NCBI GenBank assembly: GCA_035699665.1
Contig: DASSPJ010000006.1
Span: forward strand, 1-60,790
DNA length: 60,790 nucleotides
Direction: 5' to 3'
Source: Candidatus Limnocylindria bacterium
Lineage (GTDB): Bacteria; Chloroflexota; Limnocylindria; QHBO01
Position 1 is the stretch's first letter. The number at the start of each line of letters is the position of its first letter. The notes below the pieces were generated by a model. It did no database searches, was not told the origin of the DNA, and saw only the letters and a list, made by a program, of their open reading frames with translations. Positions 57,450-60,790 of the stretch are shown in pieces. The position numbers and the translations under genes were made by a program.

Positions 57450-60400
57450 CTAGCGGCGCCGGACCGAGCGGATGTTGGCGGTGGCCAGCGTGCCGAGCGA
57501 TGCCAGGAAGAGCACCGCCAGCAGCTCGATCGGGATGGTCACCGGCTGGCCGTGCGGGCCGTTCACGGAGGCCGTGTTCGGGACCGAGGGCTTCGGGGTG
57601 CCGGTGCTTCCCTGCTCCTGCTGCTCCGAGACCGTGATCGAGTCACGGCCGTCGTCGGGCGCCGTCTCGTTCGAGTCGATGACCGCGACATTCTCGATCG
57701 GGGTGCCGATGGCGGCATCCGCATCCGTCGTGGTCTGGAAGGTGACACTGCCGATCGACTCGGTCAGGGTCCCCAGGTTCCACGTCAGGGTGCTGGTGGC
57801 CGCATCGAACGTCCCGCCGTTGCTGGCGCTGCCGGCGACGTAGGTCAGTCCGTCCGGGATCACGTCGGTGATCACGGCATTCGTGACCGGGCCGCTGGTC
57901 ATCGACCACGTCAGGGTCCAGGTGACCGGGTTCGGCGTGACCGACTTGAGGTTGCCGGCGACGTCGAACAGCAGCAGGACGGTCTCGGTGCTCGCCGACT
58001 TGCTGATGACGAGGGTGGGCACGCGCACCTCGACCGAGGTCTGGTCGCAGATGAGCGCATCCGTCTCGTCGGCATCGACGCAGCCGAGGTTCGGCAGCTC
58101 GCCGGTCGCGTCGCTGTCGACGGTCGCCGAGTACGTGAACTCGTACGTGCCGCTCGCCAGCGTGCCGACGGTCCACGTCAGGTCCTGGCCATCGGCATCG
58201 AAGCCGGTGGCCGGGTCCGCCGACCCGTCGACATAGGTGAGGCCGTCCGGCAGCTCGTCGGTGACGACCGCGTTGTGGATCGGCCCATCAGTCACGGTGA
58301 CGGTGAGCGTGTAGTCGATCGTGTCGCCACGAAGGACGAACTCGCCGTCATGGTTGCTCGACTTGTCGAAGTCGATCGTCGAAGGCTTGACCTCGATCTC
58401 CGAGTCGTCGCAGATCAGGCCGTCCTCGGCGTCGTCCTCGCTCGTCACGCAGCCGGTGTTCACGAGCGTCGCCCCGATGGGCGCGTCGTCATCGACGATC
58501 GCGTCGTAGGTGAACTCGTGGGTGCCGGTGCTGAGGCTGGCGACCGTCCAGGTGAGCTCCTGGCCGGTGACGGAGAAGCCCGTCGCCGGGTCGGCCGAGC
58601 CGACCACGTAGGTCAGGCCGGCAGGCAGCGTGTCGCTGACTTCGGCGTCGTTGATCGGTCCATCCGAGACCGTCACGGTCAGCGTGTAGCTGACGATCGA
58701 GCCGCGGGCCACCGGAGCCTCGGCATTGTTGACCTTGTCGATGAGCATCGAGGGCGACGTGACCTCGACGCTGCTGTCGTCGCACAGCTCGGCATCCAGC
58801 TCGTCGGCATCGATGCAGGCGAGATTGGTGAGCGTGCCACTGGCGTCGCTGTCGACGGTCGCGTCGTACTCGAAGGTGTACGAGCCGATCGCCAGGTCAC
58901 CGGCGTCCCAGGTGAGCTCCTGACCAGAGATCGAGAAGCCGGCCGAGGGATCCGCCGAGCCGGCCACGTAGGTCAGCCCGTCGGGAAGCGTATCGGTGAC
59001 GATGACGTTGTTGGCGTCGTTGTTGGTGATCTCGACGTCGATGGTGAAGTGGACGGTGTCACCGCGGGACACGGGCCCGGGCTGTCCCTCCACCTCGGCG
59101 TCGTTGCTCTTGTCGATGGTGATGCCGGTCTGGGCCACGTTGACGAACGTGCAGATGACGTCCTCACCGGGATCCAGGTCGACCGATACGCTGGCCGTGC
59201 CCGTCTCGCCGCTGTCGCAGCTGACGCTCACGGCGTAGCCGTCCTTGGTCGTCTCGGCGATGTTGTACGTCCCCGAGTCGAGCTCGCTGAAGGTGGTCTG
59301 GCCGCCGGCCGCCGGGAGCGTGAACGCCCCGAGGTCGCCGGTGTAGCCCCAGGCCGCGTCCGGCGCGACGCCGTCGAGCGACTTGATGACCGTGATCGAG
59401 CCCGGCTGGGCCACGTTGTAGAAGGTGCAGGTGACGTCGTCACCCGGATCGAGGTCGACCGTGACCGCGGCCGTGCCGCTGTCGCCGTTGTCGCAGCTCA
59501 CGCTGACGTCGTAGCCGTCCTTGGTCGTCTCGGTGACGGTGTAGGAGCCCGCCTGGAGCTCGTAGGCGCTGGTCGAGCCGCCGGCCGCCGGGAGCGTGAA
59601 GCTGCCCAGGTCGCCGGTGTACGCCCATGCCGTGGCCGGAATCTCGCCGGTCAGGTCCTTGACGATCGTCAGGTGGGCGGGCGGAAGGGTGTTGACGAAG
59701 GTGTGGCTCTGCTGCTGGCCGCTGGTGACGGTCAGCGTCTCGCTGAGGTCGTTCGGGTCGGCCTGGTAGCCGGCCGGGGGACTGGTCTCGGTGAAGGTGC
59801 AGACGGTGCCAACGGGCGCAGCCACGGCGATCGTGCCGCCGCTGCCGGTCTCCGCCGAGACGCTCAGGCTGCCGCCGGACGTCGACGTGAAGCTCTCGCT
59901 GGGGTCGTCGGTGGTATTGGCATCATTCCCGTCTGACACCCACCCGTCGGGCTGGGCGCTGATGACGGTGTTCGCCAGCGTGGCGGTGCTGGTCGGCCAG
60001 TCGCAGTCGACGTCGAACGACGCGCCCGCGAGCGGGTTGCCGCTGCCGTCGACCTTGTTGATCAACAGGTCGCCGCCGATGAGGAAGCAGGCGGGTCCGG
60101 CCTTGCGGTTGCTGGCCTGCGACTCCGATGGGGCAGCCGTCGTCTTGGCGTAGTTGCAGTACTCATCGCCGACCGGCGCGTCCGACGGGATGCTCAGGGT
60201 GAAGGTCAGGATGAAGTTCTCGGTGTTCGGCACGAAGTGGATGAAGTACTTCGCGACGGCCTCGTCGCCGATGAACACGCAGTCAGTGATCTCGAACTGC
60301 TCGCGACCGGCGACGTCGTCGGGATCGACCGGGTAGGTGATCTCGAAGGTGGCGGTGCCGCCCGGTTCGAGCGATCCGGCGATCAGTCGCTTGTCGGTGT

Positions 60401-60617
60401 TCTCGCTGCCCGGCGTGGTTACGACGCCGTTACAGCCGTTGGTGTTGTCGTCCTGGGTGATGACCACGTCGTCGGCGCGGACGACCGAGGTCATCGGGCT
60501 GACGAGCGGGGCCAGCGGCCCTACCACGACGTTGAAGATGAGCGCCACCGCTACGGGGAACGCTCGGAGTGGGGTCCGTGTGCCTGAGAGTGTCATGTTC
60601 GGATGCCCCCTTGGCAT
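57450..60617 (-). CDS. large secreted surface protein: 2 prealbumin/SpaA-like tandem domains, 4 DUF11-type repeats, C-terminal sorting-signal-like anchor
   Basis: The signal peptide reads RAFPVAVALIFNVVVGPLAPLV...VRA-DD. The ATG at 60596, with AGGGGG upstream, is a likely alternative start. Two ~95-aa repeats share (I/V)(V/I)K.L.G..P.AAW.YTGDLG.FTLPAAGG. Four repeats share the motif (L/I)P(D/A)GLTYV.GSA. The C-terminus reads VPNTAS-15 aa-IELLAVLFLASLGTLA-TANIRSVRRR. Confidence 0.8.
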   Translation of the reverse strand: MPRGHPNMTLSGTRTPLRAFPVAVALIFNVVVGPLAPLVSPMTSVVRADDVVITQDDNTNGCNGVVTTPGSENTDKRLIAGSLEPGGTATFEITYPVDPDDVAGREQFEITDCVFIGDEAVAKYFIHFVPNTENFILTFTLSIPSDAPVGDEYCNYAKTTAAPSESQASNRKAGPACFLIGGDLLINKVDGSGNPLAGASFDVDCDWPTSTATLANTVISAQPDGWVSDGNDANTTDDPSESFTSTSGGSLSVSAETGSGGTIAVAAPVGTVCTFTETSPPAGYQADPNDLSETLTVTSGQQQSHTFVNTLPPAHLTIVKDLTGEIPATAWAYTGDLGSFTLPAAGGSTSAYELQAGSYTVTETTKDGYDVSVSCDNGDSGTAAVTVDLDPGDDVTCTFYNVAQPGSITVIKSLDGVAPDAAWGYTGDLGAFTLPAAGGQTTFSELDSGTYNIAETTKDGYAVSVSCDSGETGTASVSVDLDPGEDVICTFVNVAQTGITIDKSNDAEVEGQPGPVSRGDTVHFTIDVEITNNDANNVIVTDTLPDGLTYVAGSADPSAGFSISGQELTWDAGDLAIGSYTFEYDATVDSDASGTLTNLACIDADELDAELCDDSSVEVTSPSMLIDKVNNAEAPVARGSIVSYTLTVTVSDGPINDAEVSDTLPAGLTYVVGSADPATGFSVTGQELTWTVASLSTGTHEFTYDAIVDDDAPIGATLVNTGCVTSEDDAEDGLICDDSEIEVKPSTIDFDKSSNHDGEFVLRGDTIDYTLTVTVTDGPIHNAVVTDELPDGLTYVDGSADPATGFDADGQDLTWTVGTLASGTYEFTYSATVDSDATGELPNLGCVDADETDALICDQTSVEVRVPTLVISKSASTETVLLLFDVAGNLKSVTPNPVTWTLTWSMTSGPVTNAVITDVIPDGLTYVAGSASNGGTFDAATSTLTWNLGTLTESIGSVTFQTTTDADAAIGTPIENVAVIDSNETAPDDGRDSITVSEQQEQGSTGTPKPSVPNTASVNGPHGQPVTIPIELLAVLFLASLGTLATANIRSVRRR

Positions 60618-60790
60618 CTAGGGCCGCCTGCCAATGCGGCCGGTGCTCAACCGATAGACGATTCCTTGACGAGTCCTGAGGCCATGGAGTCCTCCCCTGG
60701 GGTGGCGCCTCGCTCGGATGAGGCAGATTCATCGAGCTCGGGACCGATGACTCGCTGCTGCGGAGATGAAGGTGACTGCGGCACCGAGCG

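Noticed and set aside
60620-60790. Edge-truncated ORFs at the right end: plus strand from the ATG at 60684, and a minus-strand frame ending at the TGA at 60647-60649
   Set aside because: Both frames are 34-38% A/T at third codon positions, against 5-10% in genuine genes here. The peptides are low complexity, and the segment is GC-poor. It is more likely the promoter/upstream region of the surface-protein gene.

Overview
60.8-kb window of a very high-GC (about 70%) bacterial chromosome. The gene content and signals resemble Actinomycetota or Chloroflexota: an HspR-type heat-shock regulator, many leaderless genes, and pervasive 4-nt start/stop overlaps. All product calls come from reading the translations for motifs; no database search was possible.

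I support about 60 protein genes, 2 tRNAs (Asp-GTC, Arg-CCG), one candidate small RNA, and several promoters, operators and terminators. I found no rRNA, cas-associated CRISPR, transposase or integrase.

Most of the window is housekeeping:
- a family-5 ABC solute-binding protein, cut by the left edge and absent from the ORF track
- a cyclophilin
- a PAS-GGDEF-EAL protein
- a dGTPase
- a holB-acyP-lipid kinase string
- a five-gene Liv branched-chain amino-acid ABC operon
- hpt and rsmG
- a TrkA pair
- a MoxR-DUF58-DUF4129 module
- a heat-shock super-cluster, hsp20-hspR-lon-dnaJ-clpB
- purH, glpX, folK, gabT, pyrD, pruA, tdh and kbl
- an ECF sigma/anti-sigma pair
- a roughly 1050-aa DUF11-repeat surface protein

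The most unusual locus is 53190-54474. A compositionally atypical gene encodes an XRE-type HTH fused to a PD-(D/E)xK nuclease-like core, and it sits between tdh and kbl. It is bracketed on each side by four same-orientation hairpin repeats phased every ~51 nt.

Other items worth follow-up:
- a tight DnaA-box cluster upstream of rsmG
- an orphan promoter-to-terminator small-RNA unit next to tRNA-Arg
- a short repeat family flanking the heat-shock genes
- a HAIR-like operator over a consensus promoter
- a conserved TATACTC(G/C) -10 element placed 6-11 nt from start codons, implying leaderless mRNAs

Many long ORFs in the supplied track are antisense or out-of-frame shadow ORFs typical of high-GC DNA, and I rejected them.
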